Source: Octopus sinensis (Eukaryota). Taken from it: a stretch of DNA of 64,000 nucleotides. The stretch covers positions 119,598,001 through 119,662,000 of the forward strand of contig NC_043001.1 in the NCBI RefSeq assembly GCF_006345805.1. The letters run 5' to 3'. The position numbers and the translations under genes were made by a program. Shown here in pieces: positions 28,561 to 41,952 of this stretch; position 1 is the stretch's first letter, and every line of letters begins with the position of its first letter. Under the pieces are notes generated by a model. The model did not search any database, was not told where the DNA came from, and worked only from the letters and a program-made list of their open reading frames with translations.

Positions 28561-28792
28561 AGGCGGCGAGCTGGCAGAAACGTTAGCACTCGGGGCGAAA
28601 TGCTTAGTGGTATTTCGTCTGCCGCTACGTTGAGAGTTCAAATTCCGCCGAGGTCGTCTTTGCCTTTCATCCTTTCGGAGTCGATTAAATAAGTACCAGT
28701 TACGCACTGGGGTTGATATAATCGACTAAATCTGTTCGTCTGCCCTTGTTTGTCCCTTCTGTGTTTAGCTCCTTGTGGTTACTAAAGAAATA
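28561..28792 (+). mobile_element. Family A SINE with a Tx1-like tail, inserted in Gypsy pol
   Basis: Full head and body. 16-bp TSD TGTATGTGTG(G/T)GGATA at 28544-59 and 28793-808, with one mismatch. Confidence 0.9.
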
Positions 28793-31158
28793 TGTATGTG
28801 TGTGGATACCCTTTTTTGATCCATAGATCGACAATAATGGGCGGTGGTCTGTCTACAGACGGAAACTTCTTCCATGTATAAATTTATGGCATTTTCCGAC
28901 CAATTCCACTTGACATCTTTTTTTAACAAGTTATTCAGGGGTGCTCTTAAACCGTGCATATTCGGTATGTATACCTGGTAGTAATTTGCGAGCCACAAAA
29001 ATGCTTGTAACGTGTTAATGTTTATCGACAGAGGCATATCTTTTATTACACTCGCCCTAGACTGGTCTTGTCTACACCCATTATCGTCAATAATCTGCCT
29101 TAGACATTATATTCTTCGCATTAAAAATTTCACACTTTTCCTCGCTGAGCTTAAACCCATAATCTTTTATTCTTTCGAAGACCATTTTAATACGCTCAGC
29201 ATGCTGACCCCGAGATTCACTTTTTGGGAGTATGTCGTCAAGGTAAGCTACAGCGGAGTCCGAACCTGTGAACATAATGTCTGTAACTTACTGATACCAA
29301 AGGGGAGTCGATTAAATTTATAGAACTCTTTATGGTTATTTATTGTCAATAATTTTGAACATTCCTCATCGACTTTTACCTGCAAATATGCTTCAGATAG
29401 GTTCAGCTTTGAAAAAAAACTTCTCAATTCAACTTCGCGAAAATTTCCTCCGAACTTGGTTACGGGCAATTATATGGCATCAAACACTCGTTTAATCCCG
29501 TTGAAAAATCAGCGCATCCTCGGATTTTATTATTTATTATTTATTTATTTTTTTGTTTCCTTGACATAAACTGTTGAGAACGCCCATTTTGTGTAATCTA
29601 TTTTTTTAATAACGCCAAGCTTTTCAAGTATATCCACTTCCTTAACTTGTTTCAATGCTGCGAAAGGTACCGTTCTTTTTTGTCTAAAAACCAGTATTAT
29701 GCTTTCTTTCACTTGAAACTTCGCCTTTGTTTTGGTGCAAAGACCCATCTCATCAGAATAAAACTTCAGGAAAAATTTTTTAATTATTTTTTTTTAAATG
29801 CTCCGACGCCTTATTTGTACTGGCGTTTTACAAAAAATATTTATGGTGAGGTCCCATAATTTAAATAATTCCATCCAGTCTGTTCCAAATAAATTTGTCG
29901 TATTTTTCAACACAAAAACTTTGGCCTTCAAGATATTTCCACGAAATGTAACATCACTTATCATTTCGCCCATAAAATGCAATTTTTTTCCTGAAAAACC
30001 TCGCGCAATTTTCGAAGTTTCCTTTAATCTAGGTTTCCCTATTTTCTTCCATGTATCTGTATTAATAATCGTGATATCACTGTCCGTATCCAATTGTAAC
30101 TTGATATTCATATTATTCATTTCTATGGACACAAATTTTCTTCTCTGATCCTCGCTTAGAATTTTTAGTAACAATACATTCTTTCTAGAATTTTTTTGTT
30201 TGACCCTTTTTTTTTCGTTTCGCTATACGATGTGAGCTTTTATGTCCGAGTTTTCCACACTCAAAACATTTATGATTTTTAAAAGGATAATTACTTCTAA
30301 AATGTAAACCTCTGCATCCATAGCATAGATTTGGTCTTGACGTTCGTTTTTTCAGGTCGAAACGCATGTATCTGAGAGCAATTTATTTCTTCAATTTTAT
30401 CCGCGTCATGTCTTAAATTTATAATCCTCTGGCATTCAGCCACTACTTGTAGAGTTAATTTTGGGGGCTGTTCTAATTTTGTTAATATACGGGAACGCAT
30501 ATCAGCATCTTTTCTTGCGGTTAACCCTTGAACAAAAATTAGACATTTGAATAAATCCAGGGTTAATTTATTTAATTTGAACTTTTCACACTCTCTGTTA
30601 ACGACCCCAGCATAGGTGACGAAATCTTCATAGTCTTTTTAAACTAAATTTAAACATTGCCAATGAGTATTGAACAGGGAAATTCTTTCACTGAAAGTTC
30701 TAGATAACAATTTAATTGTTTCATCGAAACAAATCTCACCTGGTTTCTTTGGCAGAATATTATTACAGTAATTTTGTGTTCGGCAGGAGATAACTTTCTT
30801 AAAAGTAGTCGCACTTTCTTCTTGCCATTCCAGTTTTTATATTCTTCTTTGAGGATTCCTTCAAAACTTCTAAAGTATGCAGAAAAAGTAGTACCTTCTT
30901 CTGGATTATAAATAAATTCTCCAACTGAGTTTGCTACGACGTCTAACGAGAACGAATCTGAAGTACTTTCAAACTTCAACAACATCATTTCCAGTAGCTC
31001 TTGGTATTGTTGTTGCTGTTGTAGTTGTTGTTATAACTGCAGTTGTTGTTGTTGTTGCAACTGCATCACGCAAGCCAATAAATCTTCCATGCTAATGATC
31101 TTTTTCTTTGATTTCGTATCAAGAAAAGAATTTAACGTCCGATGCAAGCTTCGAATAT

Positions 31159-31168
31159 CTCGTCGCCA
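31159..31168 (-). promoter_or_regulatory. Primer binding site, tRNA-Ser(GCU)-like
   Basis: TGGCGACGAG 1 nt after the 5' LTR, complementary to a tRNA 3' end CUCGUCGCCA. Confidence 0.75.
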
Positions 31169-31169
31169 C

Positions 31170-31368
31170 TTTTATATCCCAGACGAACGTAGGATATATA
31201 ATTTAACGATGTGGAGGTAAAATCAATGTTCTCTGACGACATATTTCGCGAGACTCCAAAACGCCCTCTCAACGACTACTACCGACTTCTATCTCAACCA
31301 ACACGCTACTCTTTATAGGAGTCCATTCTTCCAATCTCCCAGGAGTATCAATGACTCTCGCCACAACA
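31170..31368 (-). repeat. 5' LTR of the Gypsy element (199 bp)
   Basis: Starts TGTTGTGGCGAG and ends GGATATAAAA, as the 3' LTR does. Confidence 0.9.
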
Positions 31369-31408
31369 AATAGAACGAGAATAAAACATACGCATAATAT
31401 ATGTATCT

Positions 31409-31641
31409 ATTTCTTTACTATCCACAAGGGGCTAAACACAGAGGGGACAAACAAGGACAGACAAACGGATCAAGTCAATTACACTGACCCCAGTGCGTAA
31501 CTGGTACTTAATTTATCGACCCCGAAAGGATGAAAGGCAAAGTCGACCTCCGCGGAATTTGAACTCAGACCGTAACGGCAGACGAAATACGGCTACGCAT
31601 TTCACCCGGCGTGCTAACCACTCTGCCAGCCCCTCGCCGCC
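31409..31641 (-). mobile_element. Family A SINE with a Tx1-like tail
   Basis: Same head, body and CCTTGTTTGTCCCCTCTGTGTTTAGCCCCTTGTGG..TAAAGAAA tail as the copy at 28561. Confidence 0.88.
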
Positions 31642-31749
31642 TTTATATGTATCTATTTAGAGATTACACGCACGCGCACACACATAAACACAAACACATG
31701 CAGGCACACACACACGTGTGTATGTATGTATATATATATACATATATAT

Positions 31750-32158
31750 ACTCTTTACTCTTTTACCTGTTTCAGTCATTTGACTGCGGCCATGCTAGAG
31801 CACCGCCTTTAGTCGAATAAATCGACCCCGGGACTTATTCTTTGTAAGCCTAGTACTTATTCTATCGGTCTCTTTTGCCGAACCGCTAAGTGACGGGGAC
31901 GTAAACACACCAGCATCGGTTGTCAAGCAATGCTAGGGGGACAAACACAGACACACAAACATATAGACACACATACATACATATATATATACATATATAC
32001 GACAGTCTTCTTTCAGTTTCCGTCTACCAAATCCACTCACAAGGCTTTGGTCGGCCCGAGACTATAGTAGAAGACACTTGCCCAAGGTTCCACGCAGTGG
32101 GACTGAACCCAGAACCATGTGGTTGGTTAGCAAGCTACTTACCACACAGCCACTCCTA
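31750..32158 (-). mobile_element. tRNA-derived SINE, family B (CORE-like), full length
   Basis: Head GGAGTGGCTGTGTGGTAAG..GGGTTCAGTCCC, CORE-like ACCTTGGGCAAGTGTCTT, an internal TA/TG microsatellite and an AAAAGAGTAAAGAG tail. Confidence 0.9.
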
Positions 32159-32689
32159 CGCACATACATACATACATTTCTACACACACATATATACAAA
32201 CACACACACACACATACACGCACACACACGCACACGCACACATATACACATGAACGCACATATACCTCCACACACACAACATATACATGCATGCACACAC
32301 ATGCATACACACACGTACATACACGCACACACACATGAACGCACATATACCTCCACATACACAACATACACACACGCACACAATTACACACACATACATT
32401 CACTTCCATACTCACTCACACGCATATACACACACAAACGCGCACACACACACTCCGTTACTGCCACGCACACACGCACGGTATCACACGCATGCCACCA
32501 CGCCACCACCACCACACTCACATATTCTCAGTTACTGCCACACACACACACACGCTACCATACACACACACGTTATCACACACAATGCCACCGCACGCAC
32601 AACGCGCACACACCTACACATACTCAGAGATACCAACCATTCTTCATACTCTCCTGTCCCAGGACGAACTTTCTCTTTATTCATCGTCT

Positions 32690-32910
32690 TCGGGTCCCTC
32701 CAAAATGTAACTACACGTGGACTGTTGGCCATTCTTTTCCTCTTTCTTCGTTTTCTCTTGGACTTTCCTATGCTTCCTATTTCCGAAGAAGAGTTTTGCT
32801 CGAAACGTAAAACAACCACTCCTTCCTTCTCTGAGCATCTCATTAATACTTGGCATGTATCACGTCCTACGCTGTTGTTTCTTTATTGCCGTTTTTCTCC
32901 GTTTTTTCAC

Positions 32911-32915
<5 letters not shown>
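32690..32915 (+). mobile_element. Penelope-type terminal repeat with a degenerate hammerhead
   Basis: TTT-CCGAAGA-AGAGTTTTGCTC-GAAA-CG-TA-AAA. The 3' part CACGTCCT(A)CGC..TTGTTGT is shared with 38750-38830 and 55633-55700. (TA)n follows. Confidence 0.55.
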
Positions 32916-32972
<57 letters not shown>

Positions 32973-32977
<5 letters not shown>

Positions 32978-33505
32978 GTCATCCCGTAAGTTCTGTCCGA
33001 ATTTTGAATAAAGAAATCAAGTGATCAAATGTTATATTTAATTGAAATTTAATCATCACTGTACTTTCCCTGATTATCTATGACTTCCTTCCATCTATTT
33101 ACAAGATTTTTAATCCCATCAATGTAAAACTCTATTGGTTTCAAAGCGAAGAACTTTGAAATGTCAGTTTCAACCTCCTCCTGGCTTGCGAAAGTTTTGT
33201 CCCCCAAAGGATTCTGTAAACTACGAAACAAATGGTAGTCTGAAGAAGCAAGGTCGGGGATGAATAAGGTGGAGGAAAATTTTTTCCCAACCAAGCTCTT
33301 CGATCTTCTGTGATGTGATCTTTGCAGTATGGGGTCGCGCATTTTCCTGGTGAAACATCCCACCTTTTCGATTCATTAAAGCGGGTCTTTTTTTTCTTCA
33401 AAGCTTGGTTCAAACGCTCTAATTGCTGACTTGAGCATTGATTGTTGCATTAGGTGGTAACAATTCAAAGTGAATTACTCCATTGCAATCCCATCAGATA
33501 GATGT
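32973..33505 (-). mobile_element. mariner (DD34D-type) transposon 3' half
   Basis: MFHQENARPHTAKIT and PDLASSDYHLFRSLQN..FYIDGIKNLVNRWKEVIDNQGKY. The terminal TCAGGTCATCCC abuts (TA)n. Confidence 0.88.
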
Positions 33506-34775
33506 TTTCCTAATATTACGAACAGGTGTGTCAGCGTTAACAAAGTTCAAGGCCACTTGGATATTAATGTAGATTGTTCTTTCTCTCAAAGTGAAGTACT
33601 AGTACCCGAAGAAGCTTTCTCTTCGTTGTCGCAATTTCGCAAGTAACAGTTTAATGACAAAGGTTTTACCAGCACCAGGAAAAGAGTCCTCTCAACGAAA
33701 AACCCTTTGGAGTATAGCATTTTTGACCGCAATTTGGGTTCGTTTTCACTAACATGCCTTGAAAGGTCTTCAATATTGTAGAAAGTTTCACTTAATAGCT
33801 GTTGTTAAACTATCGACTTCAGAATGGTTGATACGAGGAAGACAGAACTCAGGCAATTCATTCGTTCTCATGGAAACAACTTTGTCTTCAAGAGAAATTA
33901 ATGTTGTACTCTAGATTTCAATACTGTATTCTATTTTACTGCATCTAAATCTGGCATCTGCATTTCGCAGCAAGATCATTTCAGTATATTAACCATATTG
34001 ATATTGGACCCCCTAAATCACTGTTTTTAAACAGAATAACAAGCAGTGTTCTCAAGCTCCTTTCTGTACATGTCACCGAAACTTTCAGCCTGTAGCAATC
34101 CAAATCTAAACGATACACCTCTATAAGAAGCAAAGATTCTTTTAGAAATATCAACGGTTCGAAAGTCAAGAAAGGATCAGGGGTGACGGATTTCAAGAAG
34201 AAACATCATTAAGTAAAAGCATTCTAACTTGGTTGCACAATAGAAATTGCTCCTACATCATTGTCAAATTGTATATCAGGATAATTGTCAATTGCAGCGC
34301 CTGTTTTTCTGTTTATTGGTTTATGTATTATAAGACGGTAATTGATGACTCAACAGGGTTTTAACGAAAAAGACTATCTGACAAGGTCTAAACATTGTTG
34401 TTAATGTAGTTTCCCTTAGATGATGCTGAGAAATAGTTTCTGTTGTATGTAAAATTTCTTTGTCCTTTCTCTAAATGAACAACCAATTGTATAGAAGGAT
34501 ATCGTTCACGAATAGGTAAACAAAACGCTTCATTACGACAAATATAACATCTCATCTTGAAATATCTGAAATATCTGTGGTTTGAGAGTGAACACTGCAG
34601 GATCAGAATCTTTCTTAGCGTATTTACAAATGTACTCGACTAACTTTATGGAATTACAGTACTCTATATTTAATGGACATAGACTGTTTTAGTCTAAAAC
34701 ACAATCCATTGATTACCAATTACGTTACTAATTTTTGTTTCAAAACCCCTATTTTGTATCGCCTCTTGTTACTAT
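33505..34775 (-). mobile_element. Helitron RepHel remnant (end of Rep to start of PIF1 helicase)
   Basis: Broken frames: INIEYCNSIKLVEYICKYAKKDSD; EAF..PIRERYPSIQLVVHLEKGQR; VKTLLSHQLPSY; ECFYLMMFLL; Walker A PGAGKTFVIKLLLAKLRQ. Confidence 0.8.
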
Positions 34776-34779
34776 GAAG

Positions 34780-35350
34780 AATGTCCTCCATCACATGCTG
34801 TAGTGATCCCAGATGCGTCATCATGCGTAGAGCCGACCAGCTGTACCAGTGCTCCACATCGCTGGCGGTCCTGTGCCAGCTCCTCTGCATCTTACAAGGT
34901 GACGTCGAGCTTCTGGAGATCTTCCACAGTCACGCCCAGCCATCTGGTGCGGGGCCCGCCATGAAGCCCCTTTCAACTCGCAGCTGCTGCGTTGAATGAG
35001 AGTAAAGCCAACAATGGAGACCTGACCCTGGAGATAAATCGCACGGATCATGTACTCCCTATAGAATCTCCACTGGTGCTCCCTATAGAATCTCCCGGAA
35101 GACGAAGTTCCGCATCTACAACGGATCGGTCCTCTCCATTCTCCTCTATGGAACGGAAACGTGGCCCCTCTTAAAGACCCTGACGAAGAAGACCAACGGC
35201 TTCGATAGCAGAGTCCTGAGAACCATCGAGAACAGATGGCACCATTACACTTCCAACAAATAACTGCGTGCGCGCATGCATCAGCTCCCCGCCCACCTCA
35301 TAGCTATCCGTACGGACATGTCATCCGACTCCCGCTGGATCAGTCTACCA
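34780..35350. mobile_element. RTE LINE with an inverted 5' segment
   Basis: 34780-35040 on the minus strand reads LSFNAAAAS*KGLHGGPRTRWLGV..LAQDRQR. 35090-35350 on the plus strand reads RKTKFRIYNGSVLSILLYGTETW..GHVIRLP. Confidence 0.85.
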
Positions 35351-37221
35351 TTGCATTTGTTCATATTTTTGTCTGTAAATGTTTTTCTTTTATAAATCCT
35401 ACTTTTCAGTCTTTTACATTCTCTAATGCGTCATTTATTTTGTCATTCTCTCTCCTTTTTGCAATCTTACTTTTTTTGTCTTTCTTATTTTGAAGTACTT
35501 TTTATTTCAAAAATTTCCTGTCTCTGCTGTCTTTTTTCTCTGTTTTTTCACTTCCTTGTTCACTTGTCCACCTTTCATATCCCTTCACTTTTGTAACTTT
35601 ATTTTCTATCTTTTTCATTTTCTTCTAATATTATCTTACTCTTATGCGCTGATACTCTTTAAATTCTCATTTCTTTTTTACTGACGTATGATGATTTCCT
35701 TCCCTCTGCATTCTTCTTTATACTCATGATTGTTTATAGAAAAGGGAACATCGTAGTGATCGTTATCACTTAGACCACAATATGATACAGGTATATTCCA
35801 TTTCGTAAGCGTTTGACCACGTATGAGAAAGAATTATTTCAACGTTATTTTTGAGATACTAAACTGCTACATTGCACAATTCACTAATGACAGCAAATAT
35901 GTAATTCCGCTATATGCTGACGTATGTTTGATATTCCTCTATTGTGCTGTTAGGAATAAAGGAATGAACATGCCTCCAATTAATGTGTATGTGCTGTACG
36001 GCTTCTCAAAGAGTTCGGTAACTTGCACTGTTATTGAGCAAGACTGACACAATTCTAAACATGCAGTTAACCCTAACCCCCGATTTTTAAAAGAGATAGT
36101 TAATTTGATTTTGTTCAATATTTTTCAATGAATTTAATTAGATACTTTGCCTTCAGTTTAAACTTTAGATGGCTTCTTCACGAAGAGAACGATGATTGAC
36201 AACGTCAAAACCAAAGACTGATAAGAGTCAAAACAATACCAATTTCCTCCTTAGAAAGCTGTCTTCCTAGCTTCGAGATACATGACTCACTAAGTACAAT
36301 TTTATATAAAAAAAAAAGAAAGAGAAAATGAACATTTTTCAATGAATTTAATAAGACACTTCACTTTCAATGTTGACTTTAGACACCTTTGTGAAGAGTA
36401 TAGGGATTAATAATGTCATCAAGCAAAAGTGATAGGATTCAAAGCAATTAGTGTTCCTTCTATAGAAAGTTATCTTTTGCTTACAACTGGAAAAAGAAAT
36501 ACTTTCGTTGTTTCCGGATGATTTCGGTTTGAACATCGTTTGTCTAATACCTGTCTATAAGGAGTGGGAAGAGAGAAGATGGGAGAGGAAGATGTGATAT
36601 GAAAGACGAAGAGGATAAGGTGAGAGAGCAGACGAGAGAACGCTTCGCAAATTGGAAAATATAAAGGAATATGAAAGGTGGGGAGAGATACAGAGAGAGG
36701 GGAGTGAGTGAGTGAGTGAGTGAGTGAGTGAGTGAGTGAGTGAGTGGGTGAGTGAGTGAAAGATGGGTAGAGGGAGGCAGGAAAAGAAAATTGGTAGAGT
36801 TTGACTTAATGGTAAATGTGTGTGCGTTTGTGAGTATGGCCACTTTCACAGAGGTGTACATGATTTGTACGTATTTGTGTATGTATGAGTACCGTCATCA
36901 ATAAATGAATGTGTGCACATGCTATTGTTGTCTAGCTACAAAGTAAACATGATCGAGTACATCTATGAACAATTGTTTTTTTAACTTCTTATCCAAAATG
37001 TCCTCTCATTTTCCAAGTTGGCAACGTGTAATTTATGGGCAGAAAACACGTTTATCTGAATAACAGTTGTAAAATCACTAACCCACAACCATTTCATGTT
37101 CATTTCTTACTTAACTACGTTTACCTCACACCAACCCTGCTCGCCCCTCCTCTTACTTTTCAAACATCACCGACTGATCGAGTTCAATTTTATAAGTTGT
37201 GAAATATGTCATATTTCTATG

Positions 37222-37274
37222 TATGTACGTACGTATGCATGTATGTATCTATCTATGTATGTATGTATGCATGC

Positions 37275-37307
<33 letters not shown>

Positions 37308-38652
37308 TGCATGCATGTATGTATGCATGCATGTATGCATACATGTATGTATGTATGTATGTATGTATGCATGCATGTATGCATGCATGTATGTATGTAT
37401 GTATGTATGTATGTATGTATGCATGTATGTATGTATGTGTGTATGTATGTATGTATGTATGCATGCATGCATGCATGTATGTATGTATGTATGTGTGTAT
37501 GTATGTATGTATGTATGTATGTATGTATGCATGTATGTATGTATGTGTGTATGTATGTATGTATGTATGCATGTATGTATGTATGTATGTGTGTATGTAT
37601 GTATGTATGTATGTATGTATGCATGCATGTATGCATGCATGTATGTATGTATATATGTATGTATGTATGCATGTATGTATATATGTGTGTATGTATGTAT
37701 GTATGTATGTATGCATGCATGTATGTATGCATATATGTATGTATGTATGTATGTGTGTATGTATGTATGTATTATGCATGTATGCATGTATGTATGTATG
37801 TATGCATGTATGTATGTATGTATGTATGTATGTATGTATGTATGTATGTATGTATGCATGCATGCATGTATGTATGTATGTATGTATGTATGTATGTATT
37901 ATGTATGTATGCATGCATGTATGTATGTGTGTATGTATGTATGTATGTATGCATGTATGTATGTATGTATGCATGTATGTATGTATGTATGTATGCATGT
38001 ATGTATGTATGTATGTATGTATGCATGTATGCATGTATGCATGTATGTATGTATGTATGTATGCATGTATGCATGTATGTATGTATGTATGTATGTATGT
38101 ATGTATGCATGCATGCATGTATGTATGTATGTATGTATGCATGCATGCATGTATGTGTGTATGTGTGTATGTATGTATGTATGTATGCATGTATGTATGT
38201 ATGTATGTATGTATGTATGTATGCATGTATGCATGTATGTATGTATGTATGTATGTATGTATGCATGTATGTATGTATGTATGTATGTATGTATGCATGC
38301 ATGCATGTATGTATGTATGTATGTATGTATGTATGTATGCATGTATGCATGTATGTATGTATGTATGTATGTATGCATGCATGCATGTATGTATGTATGT
38401 GTGTATGTATGTATGTATGTATGCATGTATGTATGTATGTATGTATGCATGTATGCATGTATGTATGTATGTATGTATGTATGCATGTATGCATGTATGT
38501 ATGTATGCATGTATGTATGTATGTATGCATGTATGTATGTATGTATGTATGTATGTATGTATGCATGCATGCATGTATGCATGTATGTATGTATGCATGT
38601 ATGTATGTATGTATGTATGTATGTATGTATGTATGTATGTATGTATGTATGT
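37222..38652. repeat. 1.4-kb (ATGT)/(ATGC)n microsatellite
   Basis: Seen directly; source of the 575-aa and 519-aa artefact ORFs. Confidence 0.98.
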
Positions 38653-38659
38653 GACCGCG

Positions 38660-38830
38660 TATGTATCGTTGGCGATTTTTTCCTCCGTCTTCCCTTCTTT
38701 GGATCTTTCCTTTTCCTATGTTTCTCCTTCATTCCTTCCTTTCCCGAGCGTCCAATAACACTATACTTGTTTCACGTCCTCGCTTTGTTGTGCTTTCTCT
38801 TTGTGTTTTCATGTTTGGATTAACTTTATA
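38660..38830 (+). mobile_element. Penelope-type terminal repeat fragment
   Basis: Similar to 32720-32915 but lacking the hammerhead segment, and similar to the reverse complement of 55633-55700. Confidence 0.5.
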
Positions 38831-39699
38831 TACGTACGAATGCATACACATATACGTACACACACCCATTCACACACGCACACATACACACTTACACAAC
38901 ATGCTTCCTGGCCTCATCCGCTTTCGGAAATTTCACCTCTACCGTGCCATACGCCCCCTAATCTTAGTAACGTACGTTTTGGTGCTACACATTGGTCAGA
39001 AGCATTTTTCTATTTACTGCAGTGTCGCTTGCTCTATTCTCCGACTTTATATTCCTATTCACATGTAAATAAGTTTTGAGGCTGCTATCTTGCCAGATGG
39101 ATTTTGGTATATTTAATGTTTTGTTTGAACCAAACTTTCTAATGATGTTCTTAACATTTTTTAAATCCTGAAGGGATGAAAGAAATTTCTTGCATCTGGA
39201 GTACGGCGTGGTTGGACACACGAATGTTAGATTTGTTAATTGCAGTGTCTTGATTTTTTTTTATGTATTGGTGTTAATGAGGCGGTAGTAATGATGGGGT
39301 GCGTATGTGCACTGAAGCGACAACTTAAATTTTCGTTTTTCTGTTTCTCATTTTCATTTTTGTTGTTGTTGTTTTCATTTTCATTGCTACTGTTGTTGTC
39401 ATCTTCTTCTTCCAATCAGAACTCACGCCATTAGTCACAAAGAATAATCTCTAATTCGAGCCTACTCTAAGCTATTAAAACCGCGTGTGGCAACTTGAAG
39501 ATCTACCCATCACACGCGATAGACAGGCGGTTGCACGGGCGCGAAAGTTACGTTGTTACCATCATTCCCTAAACGGTAGCTTTCAACAGGGGAGAGCTGA
39601 ACCATCCTGGGGTACAGAGGACTCGCAATCTAGACTAGGGTCTGAAAATTTACCATACCATAGTGGGTTCCACCATGGTTCCTCTGCTTTGTCGCAGAA

Positions 39700-39897
39700 T
39701 TAGGAAGGAAGAGTGAGGGGAAGTTATGGTGAAAGAGTACAGCGGAGTTCACCCCATCCCCACCCCCCGCCGCCGGATCATCGTGGAGCTTAGGTGTTTT
39801 TGCTCAATAAACACCCACAATGCTCGGTCTGAGAATCGAAACCGCGTTCTTACGACCGCGAATCCGCTGCCCTAACCACTGGGCCATTGCGCCTCCA
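39700..39897 (-). mobile_element. Family C SINE (5' part)
   Basis: Reverse-complement homology to 20872-21070. Confidence 0.85.
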
Positions 39898-40242
39898 CAC
39901 TGTTGTTGTCGTTTCGGTCAGCACTAATGGCGACGGTGGTAATGGTGGTGCTTTACTTTTACTTTGATATGGAGACGGCAGAGTGAAGACAGTTCTTCCA
40001 GTCTCTAATCTCACTCTCTTTGCTTTCCGTAGAGTTTGTGTTTTTTAATGAGTACTTTTCAGAAATTTAACCAGAAATTCAGAAGGGCCTTTGGGGGGAG
40101 ATTATGAAAGACACAGAACAAATATTTTGAACATATATATATATTCTTGAAAGACTGTCAAAATAAAGCAAAATTTACCAGCGATTCGAAGCGACGCGTT
40201 GCTGGCACCACAACAAAAAAATATTAATTGCTGCAACAATAA

Positions 40243-40459
40243 TACTCCCTTCTCCTCTAGATTCGGGTCTGAAATTTTTCTGGAGGGTGCTTGCCAATTA
40301 CATCGACCCAGGGCTCAACTGATACTTTATTTTATTGACTCTGAAAGGATGAAAGGCAAAGTTGACGTCGGGGAAATTTAAACTCAAAACGCAGAGACGG
40401 ACGAAATGCCGCTAAGCATATTGTCCGGCATGCTGATGATTGCGTCAGCTCATTACCTT
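40243..40459 (-). mobile_element. Family A SINE
   Basis: GGATGAAAGGCAAAGTTGAC..TTTAAACTCAAAACG..GCTAAGCAT. Confidence 0.8.
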
Positions 40460-40469
40460 CATAATAATA

Positions 40470-40915
40470 TTAATTCATTCTTTTATTAGCCACAAGGGCT
40501 TACATAAAACAACAGGAAATGACATGACACAAAATAAAAGACAACACAAGACGAGACAAAGGGTTTTCATCGTGTAAACAATATATATAAAACGATAAAA
40601 AATTAAACAAAATAAAACTCCCAAGAGGGAAAGCGCTTTAAAGTCCTCGCGGAAAATCCCTCAAAAGCCACGGGTGTCTGATCAACAAGGCAAGAGCCCT
40701 TCTTCTTTTATTATCTCACGGGTATACGCTCAGAATTGGTCCTTTCACGCTGGCCATTCTTCCAATATTCACCAACCTTCCAGCAAGCTTGCTAGAAGAC
40801 AACACTTCACTCTCCACCCTCACTTTCTTCTTCAAGTGAAACTTGAAGAAGTTGACGAGGGCTTAGCCAGAGAGGAAAGTGTCTGACTTTAGCCTTTTCA
40901 GACGAGTCCACCATA
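40470..40915 (-). mobile_element. Tx1/L1-clade LINE 3' end
   Basis: VWWTRLKRLK..LVNFFKFHLKKKVRVESEVLSS..VNIGRMA, then a 3' UTR ending CCCTTGTGGCTAATAAAAGA. Homologous to 45029-45595. The clade assignment is by recognition. Confidence 0.7.
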
Positions 40916-40944
40916 CTACCTCTTTCGCTACTGCCACCAGATAA

Positions 40945-41110
40945 TAATATCAATAATACTTTCTACTATAGGCCTTATGCCTAAAATTTGGTGGTAGGAA
41001 GCTAGTCGATAATATTGACTCCAGTATTCAATTGGTTATTTCATCGACTCTGAATGGATGAAAGGCAAAGTCCATCGCGGCTGAATTTGAACTTAGGACC
41101 TAAAGACGAG
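40945..41110 (-). mobile_element. Family A SINE (partial)
   Basis: Family A tail and body in reverse orientation. Confidence 0.75.
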
Positions 41111-41375
41111 AGAATGCGTTTGTACCTGAAAAGACCATGTGGGTTGCTAAAACGTATCGAATTTATGCGTCTAAATAAAGTATAAACAAAGCATATTAAA
41201 ATTCGTATTCACGAAAAGACGTTTTAATATATTATAATCGTTGCAAAAGAGCTTTCCTGTGGAAATATTTGCCGAATGTTTCGTATGCGCGAGCAAAAAT
41301 ATTGGTGAATTACAATTATTGAATTAAAATATTCATGCAATGAAATTCTGAAATTTTTTTACAAATCTTTCATTT

Positions 41376-41412
<37 letters not shown>

Positions 41413-41952
41413 TGTGTCTGTGTGTCTTTGTGTGTGCATGTCTGTGTGCGTGTGTGTCTGTGTGCGTTGTGTCTGTCTCTGTGTGTGTTGTGTCTATGTC
41501 TCTCTGTGCGTACGTGCGTGCGTGTATGTGTGTGTACAAGTTTTTTCTCCTTGATATAACTATACTAATAACTAGTTTTTAGAACTCAATATGCACATGA
41601 TTTAGAATAAAGCACTGGAAGATAAAAACGCAGATCGTAATCTCAAGCTGTGACGAACTTAAGACAATGTGAGCAAAACGGAATTCCTCGGAGCGAAACA
41701 AATGTGCTGGATCCAAAACTGATCAAATTGTACGGAGTGATGCTAGCTTATCTCTCTCACATGCTAAATATATTTCGACAAAGCAGTTTTATAAACTTCT
41801 TTTTACGGTGAACAAAGGAGAATCTGTGCTGATAAATTCAACATGTGAAGCTATATTCAGCCAATTTTATGTGAGATTTCACTCTTTAATTGTTGCTTAG
41901 GTGCACCTTAGCTCAGTATACTTCACTGCGCAATTTAACTTCAAGAGAGCCA

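Larger units (their letters stand above)
26742..31368 (-). mobile_element. Complete but decayed Ty3/Gypsy LTR retrotransposon (Mag-like)
   Basis: Two LTRs and a 5-bp TSD AATAG (26737-41 and 31369-73). Domains: gag with a poly-Q start and two Zn knuckles, protease LQLDTD, RT (NRLPFGI, AYLDDIL), RNase H region, integrase (YWPKM..CRGC, IDSFSKWPEI). Many stops and frameshifts. Confidence 0.95.

Noticed and set aside
37096-38823. 575-aa and other long MYVC/HTYI, poly-I, poly-N and poly-L ORFs throughout the window
   Set aside because: They are translations of stop-free microsatellites, not genes.
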